Notes: generated by a model not told the origin, from the sequence alone. Counted from the stretch's first letter, positions 40,190 to 49,910 are shown. The stretch is DNA of 64,000 nt from Eubacteriales bacterium (GCA_045539335.1 JAZQFD010000025.1:35545-99544); one strand, 5' to 3'. Translations and numbers: made by a program.

Positions 40190-41910
40190 TCAAAAAGTTT
40201 ATCCGTTATTATAAGCCCCATCAAAAGCTCTTTTGGTGGGATATGGTGTTTGCGGTGCTGGGCGCCGCCGTCACCTTGGTATTGCCGCTGATGGTGCGAA
40301 GGATCACCGGCGATTTTGTTAACCGTCCGGCCGATGAAGCCCTTCGGATGATCCTTCTTTACGCCGCCGGCATGGTGGCGCTCATCGGCTTTGAGGCCTT
40401 TTGCACCTATTTTACCGCCTATTACGGTCATATCATGGGCGCCCGCATGGAATACGATATGCGGGACGAGCTGTTTCATCATTACCAGCGTCTTTCTTTC
40501 AGTTTTTATGATAATCAAAAGGTGGGCGCTTTGATGAGCCGCATCGGCAATGACCTTTTTGATATTGCCGAGCTGGCCCACCATGGCCCCGAGGATCTTT
40601 TCATCTCTGCCATTAAGCTGATCGGCTCGCTGATCATTATGATGAGCGTCAGTTGGAAGCTGGGGCTGGTGGCCTTATTGATCCTACCGCTGATGATCCT
40701 TTATGCCGGCGCCTGCAATCGGAAGATGAAAACCGCCTTTAAGCAAAATCGTATCCGCACCGCCGAATTCAATGCAGGGGTGGAGGATAACCTTTCGGGC
40801 ATTCGGGTGGTCAAATCCTTTGCCAATGAAGAGGTGGAGGGCAAAAAGTTCAAAGGGGTCAATGATGCCCTCTTGGCCAGTAAGAAAAATGCCTATCAGG
40901 CCATGGGCACCTTCCATTCGGGGCTGGGTGCTTTTACCACCTTTATCACCGTGGCGGTGCTGGTGGCGGGGGCTATCCTCATCTCCCGCAAGATGCTGGA
41001 GGTTACCGACCTGATCACCTTTATGCTGTATATCAATAATTTCACCGAGCCGGTGCGAAAGCTGATTAATTTTACCGAGCAATTCCAAAATGGTGCCACG
41101 GCCTTTGCCCGTTTTCGGGAGATGGTGGAGGTGGAGGTGGAGATCCGAGATCTGCCCCATGCCGCTCCCGCTCCCCGCTTTGAGGGTGCCGTAGAATTTG
41201 AGGAGGTTTCCTTCCATTATCCCGAGCATGAAAAAACGGTGCTCTCCCGGGTAAGTCTGCAGGTGCAGGCAGGGGAGTATGTGGCCTTGGTAGGAGAATC
41301 CGGCGCCGGAAAATCCACCCTTTGCAGTCTGATTCCCCGCTTCTATGAGGTGACCGACGGTGCCATTCTCATTGATGGGCAGGACATCCGCTCCTACACC
41401 CTCAAAAGCCTGCGGGATCAGATCGGCGTGGTACAGCAGGATGTGTACCTCTTTGCCGGAACGGTCATGGAGAATATCCGCTACGGCCGCCCCGATGCCA
41501 CCGATGAGGAGGTGGTGGAGGCCGCCAAAAAGGCCAATGCCCATGAATTTATCCTCTCCTTGCCCAATGGGTATGAAAGCGATATCGGTCAGCGGGGCGT
41601 CAAGCTCTCCGGCGGGCAGAAGCAGCGGCTTTCCATTGCCCGTGTCTTTTTGAAAAATCCCCCCATTCTGATCTTTGATGAAGCCACCAGCGCTTTGGAT
41701 AATGAATCGGAGCGGGTGGTGCAGGAAAGTTTGGAAAAGCTGGCCAAGGATCGCACCACCTTTGTGATCGCTCATCGGCTGTCCACCATCCGCAATGCCG
41801 GAAGGATCTTGGTGCTCACCGAGGAGGGCATCGCCGAAGAAGGCTCTCATCAAGAACTGCTGGCTAAAGACGGCATCTATGCGGAACTTTATAACATGCA
41901 GTTTAATTAA
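40186..41910 (+). CDS. ABC exporter, fused permease/ATP-binding
   Basis: TM domain plus GESGAGKST, LSGGQKQR, DEATSALD. Confidence 0.95.
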   Translation: MIKKFIRYYKPHQKLFWWDMVFAVLGAAVTLVLPLMVRRITGDFVNRPADEALRMILLYAAGMVALIGFEAFCTYFTAYYGHIMGARMEYDMRDELFHHYQRLSFSFYDNQKVGALMSRIGNDLFDIAELAHHGPEDLFISAIKLIGSLIIMMSVSWKLGLVALLILPLMILYAGACNRKMKTAFKQNRIRTAEFNAGVEDNLSGIRVVKSFANEEVEGKKFKGVNDALLASKKNAYQAMGTFHSGLGAFTTFITVAVLVAGAILISRKMLEVTDLITFMLYINNFTEPVRKLINFTEQFQNGATAFARFREMVEVEVEIRDLPHAAPAPRFEGAVEFEEVSFHYPEHEKTVLSRVSLQVQAGEYVALVGESGAGKSTLCSLIPRFYEVTDGAILIDGQDIRSYTLKSLRDQIGVVQQDVYLFAGTVMENIRYGRPDATDEEVVEAAKKANAHEFILSLPNGYESDIGQRGVKLSGGQKQRLSIARVFLKNPPILIFDEATSALDNESERVVQESLEKLAKDRTTFVIAHRLSTIRNAGRILVLTEEGIAEEGSHQELLAKDGIYAELYNMQFN

Positions 41911-41914
41911 AAAA

Positions 41915-41945
41915 GAAAAACCGCCCAAAGGGCGGTTTTTCTTTT
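41915..41945. terminator. Bidirectional terminator
   Basis: AAAACCGCCC-AAA-GGGCGGTTTT. Confidence 0.75.
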
Positions 41946-41949
41946 CAGT

Positions 41950-42816
41950 CTAAGCCTCATGGTCCGGCTCGTTTCTCTTTTTCTTCATGATCTTGCGATA
42001 GTCGCTGGGGGAGCTGCCCACCCGCTGATGAAAGCATCGGGTAAAATAAAGGGGATTTTCAAAGCCCACCGAGGCGGCCACCGATTTGACCGTAAGCTTT
42101 TGGTTGTTGTGCTCCAAAAGCTGGCGGGCCTTTTCAATCTTCAGGGCGAGGAGATATTCTTGAGGGGAAACGCCGTATTCCTTTTTAAATAAGGTATACA
42201 TATAGTTTTGGGAAAGGAAAAACCGATCGGCCACCTCTTTGATCTTTAAGGGCTTATGATAGTTGCGCTCTAAAAATTCCGCAATCAGCCGAGCCTCCTT
42301 AGGGTGGGGGTTTGAGAGGCTGACCTGCTCCTCCATATGGATGGCCAACACCTCAAAAAGGCAGGCCTGCAGGCGGCAGGCTTCTGCTTCTTCATTGGCG
42401 CTTTCCTCTTGGTAAAGGTAGCGATGGATTACTGCCGCACAATCCGCCGAGCGGGAAAAGGAAAAAACGCCGTTTTTCACCGGCAGTCCGCACTTGGCAA
42501 AAAGCTCCGGTGCAAGGCTCCCCCGAAAGGTGATCCAATAGCTTTCATAAGGGGCTTCTTTATCGGAGCAAATGGTCTCCAGATGGTTGGGTACCACCGT
42601 ATAGCCATCCCCTTTTTCAAAGGGCTGATTCATAAAGACCCCTCGCCCGTCTACTACATAATGAAGGATATAGCGGTTGCGCTTCATCACCCGATGCGCA
42701 TCGGGGGGCATTTTATTATGACCGATCTCCAGCACCGCAATCTCATTGGAAAAGGGGGTTGTGGTGGTGCGGTAGCACTTGGGATGGTTCTCATCATAGG
42801 GCACTCGGTAAAGCAT
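41950..42816 (-). CDS. AraC family transcriptional regulator
   Basis: Cupin-like N-domain; FKKEYGVSP, VGFENPLYFTRCF..SPSDYR. Confidence 0.92.
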   Translation of the reverse strand: MLYRVPYDENHPKCYRTTTTPFSNEIAVLEIGHNKMPPDAHRVMKRNRYILHYVVDGRGVFMNQPFEKGDGYTVVPNHLETICSDKEAPYESYWITFRGSLAPELFAKCGLPVKNGVFSFSRSADCAAVIHRYLYQEESANEEAEACRLQACLFEVLAIHMEEQVSLSNPHPKEARLIAEFLERNYHKPLKIKEVADRFFLSQNYMYTLFKKEYGVSPQEYLLALKIEKARQLLEHNNQKLTVKSVAASVGFENPLYFTRCFHQRVGSSPSDYRKIMKKKRNEPDHEA

Positions 42817-42915
42817 AGGCTCTCCTTAAAAAGTGAATTTGTGTATATTTTACCACGATAAGTGCATTGTGTCAACGGAGCCGTTCTTATATTATAAAAG
42901 AGAGGTGAGATCCCG

Positions 42916-44079
42916 TTGATCTGGTCGAAAGATGAATTTTTACATATAAAACCAAATCTTGAGCCTTTGGAGCGGCGACTTTTAGAGCGTGCCTTTGACA
43001 CCCTCCAAGGCAATGTTTATGAGCCGGAAGGGTATCCTTGGAGTCCCTATCGTCTGGTAAGCCCCGGGCGGCCCCGCTTTCCCGGCGTGTGGAATTGGGA
43101 TACCGCCTTTCATTCCTATGGCATCTCCCGCTGGGATCCCACTCTTGCCAAAGAGGGGATCTTGGGCTTTTTGCAGTTTCAGGGAGCGGATGGCATCCTG
43201 CCCGATGTGATTTTTGAAAACGGGCAGGTGGTGGATCTTTATTCCAAGCCGCCGGTCTTTGCATGGGCGGCCCAAAGGGTCTATGAGCGGGCGCCGGATG
43301 AGACTTTTTTGAAGGCGGTTTATCCCAAGCTTGTTAAAAACGCCGCCTTTTGGGAGCAAAAGCGGTGCTATGAAGGGCTTTTCTATTATGATTCCGCCGA
43401 CCGAGGCGATCCCCTTTATGAAAGGCATATCCGCTATGAATCGGGCTGGGACAATTCGGTCCGCTGGGATGATTTTATTGGGGATCAATGGCCTATTGAT
43501 CTCAACTGCTTTATGGTAATGACCTATGAGGCCCTTGGCTTTATGGCCAAGGAGCTGGGAGAGTCGGATGCTTCGTGGCTTGCCAAAAAAGAGGCGCTCT
43601 GTGCCCGCATTCATGAAAAGCTATGGAACGGGGCTTATTTTGCCGATGCCAATCGCTGTACCGGCGAGAGCTCCACGGCGCTGACCCCCGCCTCCTTTAT
43701 GCCGCTTTTTGCAAAAATCGCAACTCCGGAGCAGGCGCAAAAGATGGCAGAGCTTGCCGCTGATCCCCAAAAGTTTAATGGCCATATGCCAACGGTAGCC
43801 TATGATCATCCCGCCTATGAGCTGGAGTACTGGCGGGGGCCGGTTTGGCTGAATGTGGCCTGGTTTGCGGCCAAGGGGCTGAAAAAGTATGGCTTTGCCG
43901 TTGCCGAAACCATCCGCCGCAACATTCTTGCCATGGTGGATGCAGAAAAGCGAGGCATTTTTGAAAATTATGATTCCCGCACCGGTCGGGGGTTGGATAA
44001 AAAAGATCGGATCCGTTGCAACAATTTCAGTTGGTCCGGCGTGTTCATTATAGAATTGATATTAGGATGGAGTGATTGA
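42916..44079 (+). CDS. (alpha/alpha)6 glycoside hydrolase, MGH1/trehalase-like (GH63/GH37-like)
   Basis: WNWDTAF, KPPV, ESGWDNSVRWD, YWRGPVW, FENYD, FSWS; divergent from AraC. Confidence 0.85.
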   Translation: MIWSKDEFLHIKPNLEPLERRLLERAFDTLQGNVYEPEGYPWSPYRLVSPGRPRFPGVWNWDTAFHSYGISRWDPTLAKEGILGFLQFQGADGILPDVIFENGQVVDLYSKPPVFAWAAQRVYERAPDETFLKAVYPKLVKNAAFWEQKRCYEGLFYYDSADRGDPLYERHIRYESGWDNSVRWDDFIGDQWPIDLNCFMVMTYEALGFMAKELGESDASWLAKKEALCARIHEKLWNGAYFADANRCTGESSTALTPASFMPLFAKIATPEQAQKMAELAADPQKFNGHMPTVAYDHPAYELEYWRGPVWLNVAWFAAKGLKKYGFAVAETIRRNILAMVDAEKRGIFENYDSRTGRGLDKKDRIRCNNFSWSGVFIIELILGWSD

Positions 44080-44083
44080 GGAA

Positions 44084-45466
44084 ATGAAAAAGCGGCAATG
44101 GATTTGTCTTTTGGTACTTACAGTGTTGTGTATCACCATGCTGGGCGGCTGTGCCGGCACCCAAGAAGAGGAACGGGGCGTGACTGATTCCTTTGTGAGC
44201 GAAGAAAAAGAGGAATCTAAAGAAGATACTTCTAAGGAAGAATCTCCCCAAGAGGATACGCTCAAAGAGGATGAACCCAAAGAGGAGGATCTCAAAGAGG
44301 ACACTCCCAAGGAAGAGACTCCCAAAGAGGAAGATCCTAAAGAGGAGGACCCCAAAGAGGAAGATCCGAAAGAAGAGGATCCCAAAGAGGAAACTCCCAC
44401 CGATCCCGATGAGGGAGAGGAAGACCTTCCTCCCATCACCAAGGAGGAAAGCGGCACCGCCATTACCTTCTTGATGCAGAATCTGAGAACGGCCGGCAAT
44501 CAGACCGGCTTGGATCCCAAAGAGCGGAGTAACGGAGATCTGAATCTCTATCGCCGTAAGTTCCGTTTTAAGAAGCTGGTGCAGGCTCAGGATCCCGATG
44601 TGATCTTGGCCCAAGAAGCCACCCCCGGCTGGCTGGACTTTTTTAAGACCGATCCCTATTTTTCCAAAACCTATACCATGGTCTGGACCTACCGTAAGCC
44701 CGGATCTGGTGTGGAGATGGCAACGCCGGTGCTCTATAAGACCGCCAAATATTCGGCGCTGGAATCGGGACATTTCTGGTGGAGCGACACTCCAAAATTC
44801 TCCTCGCCCACCTATGGATATACCGAGGCAGACGGGGAAGGCCATTACCGCCCCTGCTCTTGGGTGAAGCTGAAGGATAAAGAGACCGGCGGGATATTTT
44901 ACGCTTATTCCATCCATATTGATGCAGGCAACGATGTGGTGGCCTATAAATCCCTGCAGCAGCTCAACGGCATCTTCGACCGTCTGGGCAAAGACGCCTA
45001 TGCCTTTGCCGGCGGCGACTTTAACTTTGGTTTTCGGGATGACTATTATAAGATGGCGGTGGATTGGGCCTATGAGACTGACCTGCAAGAGATGGCCCAC
45101 AATATGAATGCCGACGGTCTTTGTGAGCTGGGCGGCACCAACGGTTCTCTTCATACGAAATATAATGCAGATGATAATCCCGCTACTGCCGATGTGGATG
45201 AGGGCTATTTCCAAGGGGTGTTCCCCGATCCTGACCCCGGCCGTAAGCGGCAGCTGGACCATATCTTTGCCAAGAATCACGCTAATTTAGCAGTCGATTA
45301 CTGGGGCTTTGATTATACCGATTATGAAGATTCCGCCAATCAGGTGGAAAAGGGCTATATTTCCGACCATTACGGTTTGGTCTGTAAAGTGCGGATCGAT
45401 ACCGAGGTGGATTATTCCCGCTATCAAGTAGAATATGACGGTAAGCCCGGCGCCGCAGAAAGCTGA
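44084..45466 (+). CDS. EEP family lipoprotein 1 with acidic KEEDP-repeat stalk
   Basis: Lipobox LGGC; QN, QE, H, GDFN, LDH, SDH motifs. Confidence 0.85.
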   Translation: MKKRQWICLLVLTVLCITMLGGCAGTQEEERGVTDSFVSEEKEESKEDTSKEESPQEDTLKEDEPKEEDLKEDTPKEETPKEEDPKEEDPKEEDPKEEDPKEETPTDPDEGEEDLPPITKEESGTAITFLMQNLRTAGNQTGLDPKERSNGDLNLYRRKFRFKKLVQAQDPDVILAQEATPGWLDFFKTDPYFSKTYTMVWTYRKPGSGVEMATPVLYKTAKYSALESGHFWWSDTPKFSSPTYGYTEADGEGHYRPCSWVKLKDKETGGIFYAYSIHIDAGNDVVAYKSLQQLNGIFDRLGKDAYAFAGGDFNFGFRDDYYKMAVDWAYETDLQEMAHNMNADGLCELGGTNGSLHTKYNADDNPATADVDEGYFQGVFPDPDPGRKRQLDHIFAKNHANLAVDYWGFDYTDYEDSANQVEKGYISDHYGLVCKVRIDTEVDYSRYQVEYDGKPGAAES

Positions 45467-45471
45467 TTTTT

Positions 45472-45814
45472 ATGAAAACGGAACGGACCCTTCTCTCTCA
45501 AAAAAGAGAAAATCACCCTTTTGGATAGCGGCCACTTCTGGCTGTGCAATACCCCCCATCAGGCGGCGGTTTCCTATGAGGCCAAAGGCCCTTATGGGCG
45601 GATCGTCACCTGGGCCGCCCTGCAGCATCAAAAAACCAAGCCGGTCTTTGCCTGCTATAACGCCCATGTGGATGCAGAAAAGCGAGGCGTTTTTGAAAAT
45701 TATGATTCCCGCACCGGTCGGGGGTTGGATAAAAAAGATCGGATCCGTTGCAACAATTTCAGTTGGTCCGGCGTATTCACGATAGAATTTATCTTAGGTT
45801 GGGAGGAAGAATAA
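45472..45814 (+). pseudogene. Chimeric remnant: deleted copy of the cytoplasmic EEP gene fused to a duplicated glycoside hydrolase 3' end
   Basis: 45472-45675 matches parts of 47165-47631 with an internal deletion; 45668-45800 matches 43936-44070. Confidence 0.85.
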
Positions 45815-45815
45815 C

Positions 45816-47159
45816 GTGAAATTCAATCGACTGCTTTGTTTGTTTTTAGTTTTGGTGCTGTGTCTTACAAGTCTCAGCGGCTGCAAGGGCGCTGAGGAGG
45901 AAGATTTCGGCGTTGCCGACTCCATTGTGGAGGGCGATGAGAGCACCGAGCCGAAGGAGGATAAAGATCCCGAGAACGAAAAGGACAATCCCAAGGACGA
46001 CACACCCAAGGAGGATCCCAAAGAGGAGGATCCCAAGGAGGACGAACCCAAAGAGGAGAATCCCAAAGACGAGGATCCCAAAGACGAGGATCCAAAGGAA
46101 GAGGATCCCAAAGAGGAAACACCTGCCGATCCCGATGAGGGAGAGGAAGATCTTCCTCCCATCACCAAGGAGGAAAGCGGCACTGCCATTACCTTTTTGA
46201 TGCAAAACTTGCAAACCAGCGGCACCCAAAAGGGACTGAAGGAGGAGCGTGGCGGCGGCCGCCAAAACCTGTATCACCGCAAGTATCGCTTTAAGAAAAT
46301 GGTGCTGACCCATGATCCCGATGTAATACTGGCTCAGGAAGGCACTCTCGGTTGGCATAATTTTTTTGCGACCGATCCTTATTTTTCCCAAACCTACGAT
46401 TCGGTTTATATTCTCCGCAAGCCCGGTGATATTGTGGAAGAAGGACCGCCGGTAATGTATAAAAAAAGTAGGTTTACCTTATTGAATAAGGGGCACTTTT
46501 GGTTTAGCCCCACTCCAAAAAGCTCTACGCCTACCTATGGGTATACTGCCGAGGACGAGGGTAGCCATTACCGTGTGTGCACGTGGACTCAGTTGCGGGA
46601 TAAAAAGACCGGATCGACCTTTTATGCTTATACCATTCATATGGATGCCGGCAATGACGTTGTGGCGTATAAATCCATGAATCAGTTACTGGATATTTTT
46701 GAGGATTTGGGCAAAGATGCCTATGCCTTCATCGGCGGCGATTTTAACTTCGGCTATCGGGATGTGTATTACGACGGCGCCGTAGATTTTACCAAACAAA
46801 TTGATCTGCAGGATATGGCTTTTAATATGCAGAAGGACGGACTTGCCACGGTCGGCTCGTCCAACGGGTCTCTTCGTGGCAAGGCAGATTATGAAAAGTT
46901 GGACACGGAGTTTATAGCGGATCCCAATCCCGGCAGACAGCGGCAATTGGACCATATTTTTGCGAAGCTCAATCCCCATATGGCGGTGGATCATTGGAGC
47001 CATGATTACACCATCTATGAAGACCCGGACAACGATGTGGGAAAAGGCTATATTTCCGACCATTACGGTTTGGTCTGTAAAGTGCGGATCGATACCGAGG
47101 TGGATTATTCCCGCTATCAAGTAGAATATGACGGTAAGCCCGGCGCCGCCGAAAGATGA
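45816..47159 (+). CDS. EEP family lipoprotein 2 with acidic repeat stalk
   Basis: Lipobox LSGC; QN, QE, GDFN, LDH, SDH. Confidence 0.85.
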   Translation: MKFNRLLCLFLVLVLCLTSLSGCKGAEEEDFGVADSIVEGDESTEPKEDKDPENEKDNPKDDTPKEDPKEEDPKEDEPKEENPKDEDPKDEDPKEEDPKEETPADPDEGEEDLPPITKEESGTAITFLMQNLQTSGTQKGLKEERGGGRQNLYHRKYRFKKMVLTHDPDVILAQEGTLGWHNFFATDPYFSQTYDSVYILRKPGDIVEEGPPVMYKKSRFTLLNKGHFWFSPTPKSSTPTYGYTAEDEGSHYRVCTWTQLRDKKTGSTFYAYTIHMDAGNDVVAYKSMNQLLDIFEDLGKDAYAFIGGDFNFGYRDVYYDGAVDFTKQIDLQDMAFNMQKDGLATVGSSNGSLRGKADYEKLDTEFIADPNPGRQRQLDHIFAKLNPHMAVDHWSHDYTIYEDPDNDVGKGYISDHYGLVCKVRIDTEVDYSRYQVEYDGKPGAAER

Positions 47160-47164
47160 TTTTT

Positions 47165-48094
47165 ATGAAAACAGAACTGACGATCCTTACTCAAAATTTA
47201 AGAACCAGCGGCTCTCAGATCGGCCTGCGGGATGAACGCAAAAATTCCATCAGCAATTTGTATCGTCGCTCCCGTCGCTTCAAGGCGATGGTGCAGCGGT
47301 GGGACCCCGACGTGATCCTCAGCCAAGAGGCACAACTGGGTTGGATCGGTTTTTTTGAAGAAGATCCTTATTTTACCCGGCAGTATGAGATGCTTTGGAA
47401 ATGGCGGGGCCCCGAAGGGGTGATCGGCGGCAATCAATGTTGCCCCCTCTTTTTCAAAAAAGAAAAGTTTGTTCTTTTGGAAAGCGGCCATTTCTGGCTT
47501 TGCGATACCCCCCATCAGGCGGCGGTCTCCTATGAGGCAAGAGGGCCTTATGGGCGGATCGTTACCTGGGCCACCCTGCAGGATCGAAAAACCAAGCAGG
47601 TCTTTACCTGCTATAATGCCCATGTAGATGCCGGCGGGCTGACTCATGTGAAATCCATGAAGCAGTTTGCCCAGTTATTTGCCGCTTCTCCTGAAGGGAC
47701 CTATGCCATTGTGGGCGGAGACATTAATATTCTTTACAAAGATCAGCGGTACCATGAGTGTATCTGCTGGGACGAGATGATGGATCTGCAGGATATTGCC
47801 TGCAATATGGCTGAGGCAGGACTTTGCACCTTAGGAGGCTTGAACGGCACCTCCAATCGGGCATGGCAAACCTTGGAGATCGATGAAAATGCCGGTCACG
47901 GCCAGCAAAGAGACCACTTTTTTGCTCGCCATAACCCCCGCTTAGGGGTCACCTATTACGGCGTGGATTACAATCGCTATGAAGCCCCCGAGGCGGGGGT
48001 GGAATTGGGGCATATCTCCGATCACTATGGCGTGGTTGCTAAGGTGGTTTTAGAGGGAGATGATTATTCTGCCTATCAATTTCAGCGAAAATAA
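47165..48094 (+). CDS. EEP family protein 3 (no signal peptide, probably cytoplasmic)
   Basis: LTQNL, SQE, NAH, GDIN, RDH, SDH. Confidence 0.85.
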   Translation: MKTELTILTQNLRTSGSQIGLRDERKNSISNLYRRSRRFKAMVQRWDPDVILSQEAQLGWIGFFEEDPYFTRQYEMLWKWRGPEGVIGGNQCCPLFFKKEKFVLLESGHFWLCDTPHQAAVSYEARGPYGRIVTWATLQDRKTKQVFTCYNAHVDAGGLTHVKSMKQFAQLFAASPEGTYAIVGGDINILYKDQRYHECICWDEMMDLQDIACNMAEAGLCTLGGLNGTSNRAWQTLEIDENAGHGQQRDHFFARHNPRLGVTYYGVDYNRYEAPEAGVELGHISDHYGVVAKVVLEGDDYSAYQFQRK

Positions 48095-48108
48095 AAAGGA
48101 GAAAAGCT

Positions 48109-49464
48109 ATGACGATGAAGCGTTGGCTATGCTTCTTGCTGATCGCCGTTCTTTCCTTAGGGATGCTCAGCGGCTGTAAGGGCGCCGAGGAGGAAGATTT
48201 CGGCGTTGCCGATTCCATTGTGGAGGGCGATGAGAGCACCGATCCGAAAGACGATAAAGATCCTGAGGACGAAAAGGACGATCCTAAGGACGAGGATCCC
48301 AAAGAGGAGGATCCCAAGGACGAGGATCCGAAGGAGGACGAACCCAAAGAGGAGAATCCCAAAGACGAGGATCCCAAAGACGAGGATCCAAAGGAAGAGG
48401 ATCCCAAAGAGGAAACGCCTGCCGATCCCAATGAGGGAGAGGAAGACCTTCCTCCCATCACCAAGGAAAATAGCGGCGTTGCCATAACCATCCTGACCCA
48501 GAACCTGCGCACCTCCGGCACTCAGCGAGGGGAAAAGGCGGAGCGGGGGAGCGGCGACCATAACCTGTGGCATCGGTTCCGCCGCTTAAAGAGTCAGGTG
48601 CGGGAGTGGGAGCCCGATGTGATCATGACCCAAGAGGGCATGAGCGGGCATGTGAATCTCTTGACCACCGATCCTTATTTTGATCAGGTCTATGATATTG
48701 TGTGGAAAAATCGAGGCCCCAATAATGACGACAGCATTGTGGACGATCAGTCGGTGCCGGTGCTGTATAAGACCTCAAGATTTACTTTGGTAGACAGCGG
48801 CCATTTCTGGCTCAGCGAGACTCCCCATATTCCCTCCATCGGCTATGGTGCCACTGAGGAATATGCCCGTATCACCACTTGGGTGCGGTTAAAGGACAAG
48901 GCCACCGGCGTGGAGCTTTATGCCTATTCTGCCCATTTTGCCGTTACCGAGACCTTCCATATTCGGGCGATGGAGCAGTTTATGAACGCCTTTGATAAAT
49001 TGAAGAAGGGCACCTATGCCTTTGTGGCAGGCGATTTCAACATCCGCTATAAGAGCTTTGAATATGATTCTATGCTGGAATGGGATCGCATTATCGACCT
49101 GAAGGATATGGCCCTTAATATGCAGGCCGATGGTCTGGCTCAAGTAGAGGGCGATACCGGAACCGTTCATTCCCGCTACGATAAAAACGGCAAAGTGCAG
49201 GATGAGTGGGCCGAGGGCGAGCCCGATGTGGAGCCCTTTGGGGATCTTCGCCAGATCGACCATATTTTTGCCAAGCCCGATCCCCATATGGCGGTGGATT
49301 ATTGGAGTGTTATTTATAAGCAATATGGCTATGATGAGGGCGAAGAGTTTGTGAAAAACGGCTACCTTTCCGACCACTACGGCGTGGTGTGTAAGGTGCG
49401 GGTGGATACGCAGGTGGATTACTCCCGCTACCAGCATCAAAACCCCGATTCTCCGGCGTTGTAA
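48109..49464 (+). CDS. EEP family lipoprotein 4 with acidic repeat stalk
   Basis: Lipobox LSGC; QN, QE, GDFN, IDH, SDH. Confidence 0.85.
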   Translation: MTMKRWLCFLLIAVLSLGMLSGCKGAEEEDFGVADSIVEGDESTDPKDDKDPEDEKDDPKDEDPKEEDPKDEDPKEDEPKEENPKDEDPKDEDPKEEDPKEETPADPNEGEEDLPPITKENSGVAITILTQNLRTSGTQRGEKAERGSGDHNLWHRFRRLKSQVREWEPDVIMTQEGMSGHVNLLTTDPYFDQVYDIVWKNRGPNNDDSIVDDQSVPVLYKTSRFTLVDSGHFWLSETPHIPSIGYGATEEYARITTWVRLKDKATGVELYAYSAHFAVTETFHIRAMEQFMNAFDKLKKGTYAFVAGDFNIRYKSFEYDSMLEWDRIIDLKDMALNMQADGLAQVEGDTGTVHSRYDKNGKVQDEWAEGEPDVEPFGDLRQIDHIFAKPDPHMAVDYWSVIYKQYGYDEGEEFVKNGYLSDHYGVVCKVRVDTQVDYSRYQHQNPDSPAL

Positions 49465-49543
49465 AGACTCTTCGCTTGGACTCTTAAGCGGATGATTCCC
49501 GCTATTAGCATCAATATCGTGATTAAAAAACAGCGTGAGGATA

Positions 49544-49747
49544 GGCGTTGTACCCGTAAGGATACAACGCCAGTTTTATTCGCCTTGCGGCGAGTTATAT
49601 TGCTTCGCAGTTATATTCGGCTAAAAGCCGAGTGTTATTCGCTTTGCGAGTTTTATAGGCGAATAAAATATCACTAAAACCATTAGGTTTTAATATTACT
49701 TTTGATTTATCAAAAATATCACTGTGAGACTTGTCTCACAATAGCAC
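49544..49747. repeat. Multi-hairpin heptamer element, copy C
   Basis: Same order of parts as copy A; long stem TTTTATTCGCCT 49574-49585 / AGGCGAATAAAA 49657-49668; TGTGAGAC..GTCTCACA 49723-49740. Confidence 0.85.
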
Positions 49748-49777
49748 TATTAAAAAGTATTTTATTTTGAGGACAGT

Positions 49778-49813
49778 AAAAAAGCTGTGTAGAAATTTTC
49801 TACACAGCTTTTA
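49778..49813. terminator. Bidirectional terminator hairpin
   Basis: AAAAAGCTGTGTAGAA..TTCTACACAGCTTTT. Confidence 0.7.
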
Positions 49814-49910
49814 ATTATGTCTCATACCGTAACAAGCAGGGAAAATGTACGGCACATTTCCCAATCTTTAGGAGAACCTAAAACCCTTTTCTAAACAAAT
49901 ATCATCTATT

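Noticed and set aside
44200..44420. 15-bp tandem repeats as a non-coding array
   Set aside because: They are in-frame coding repeats for the KEEDP stalk
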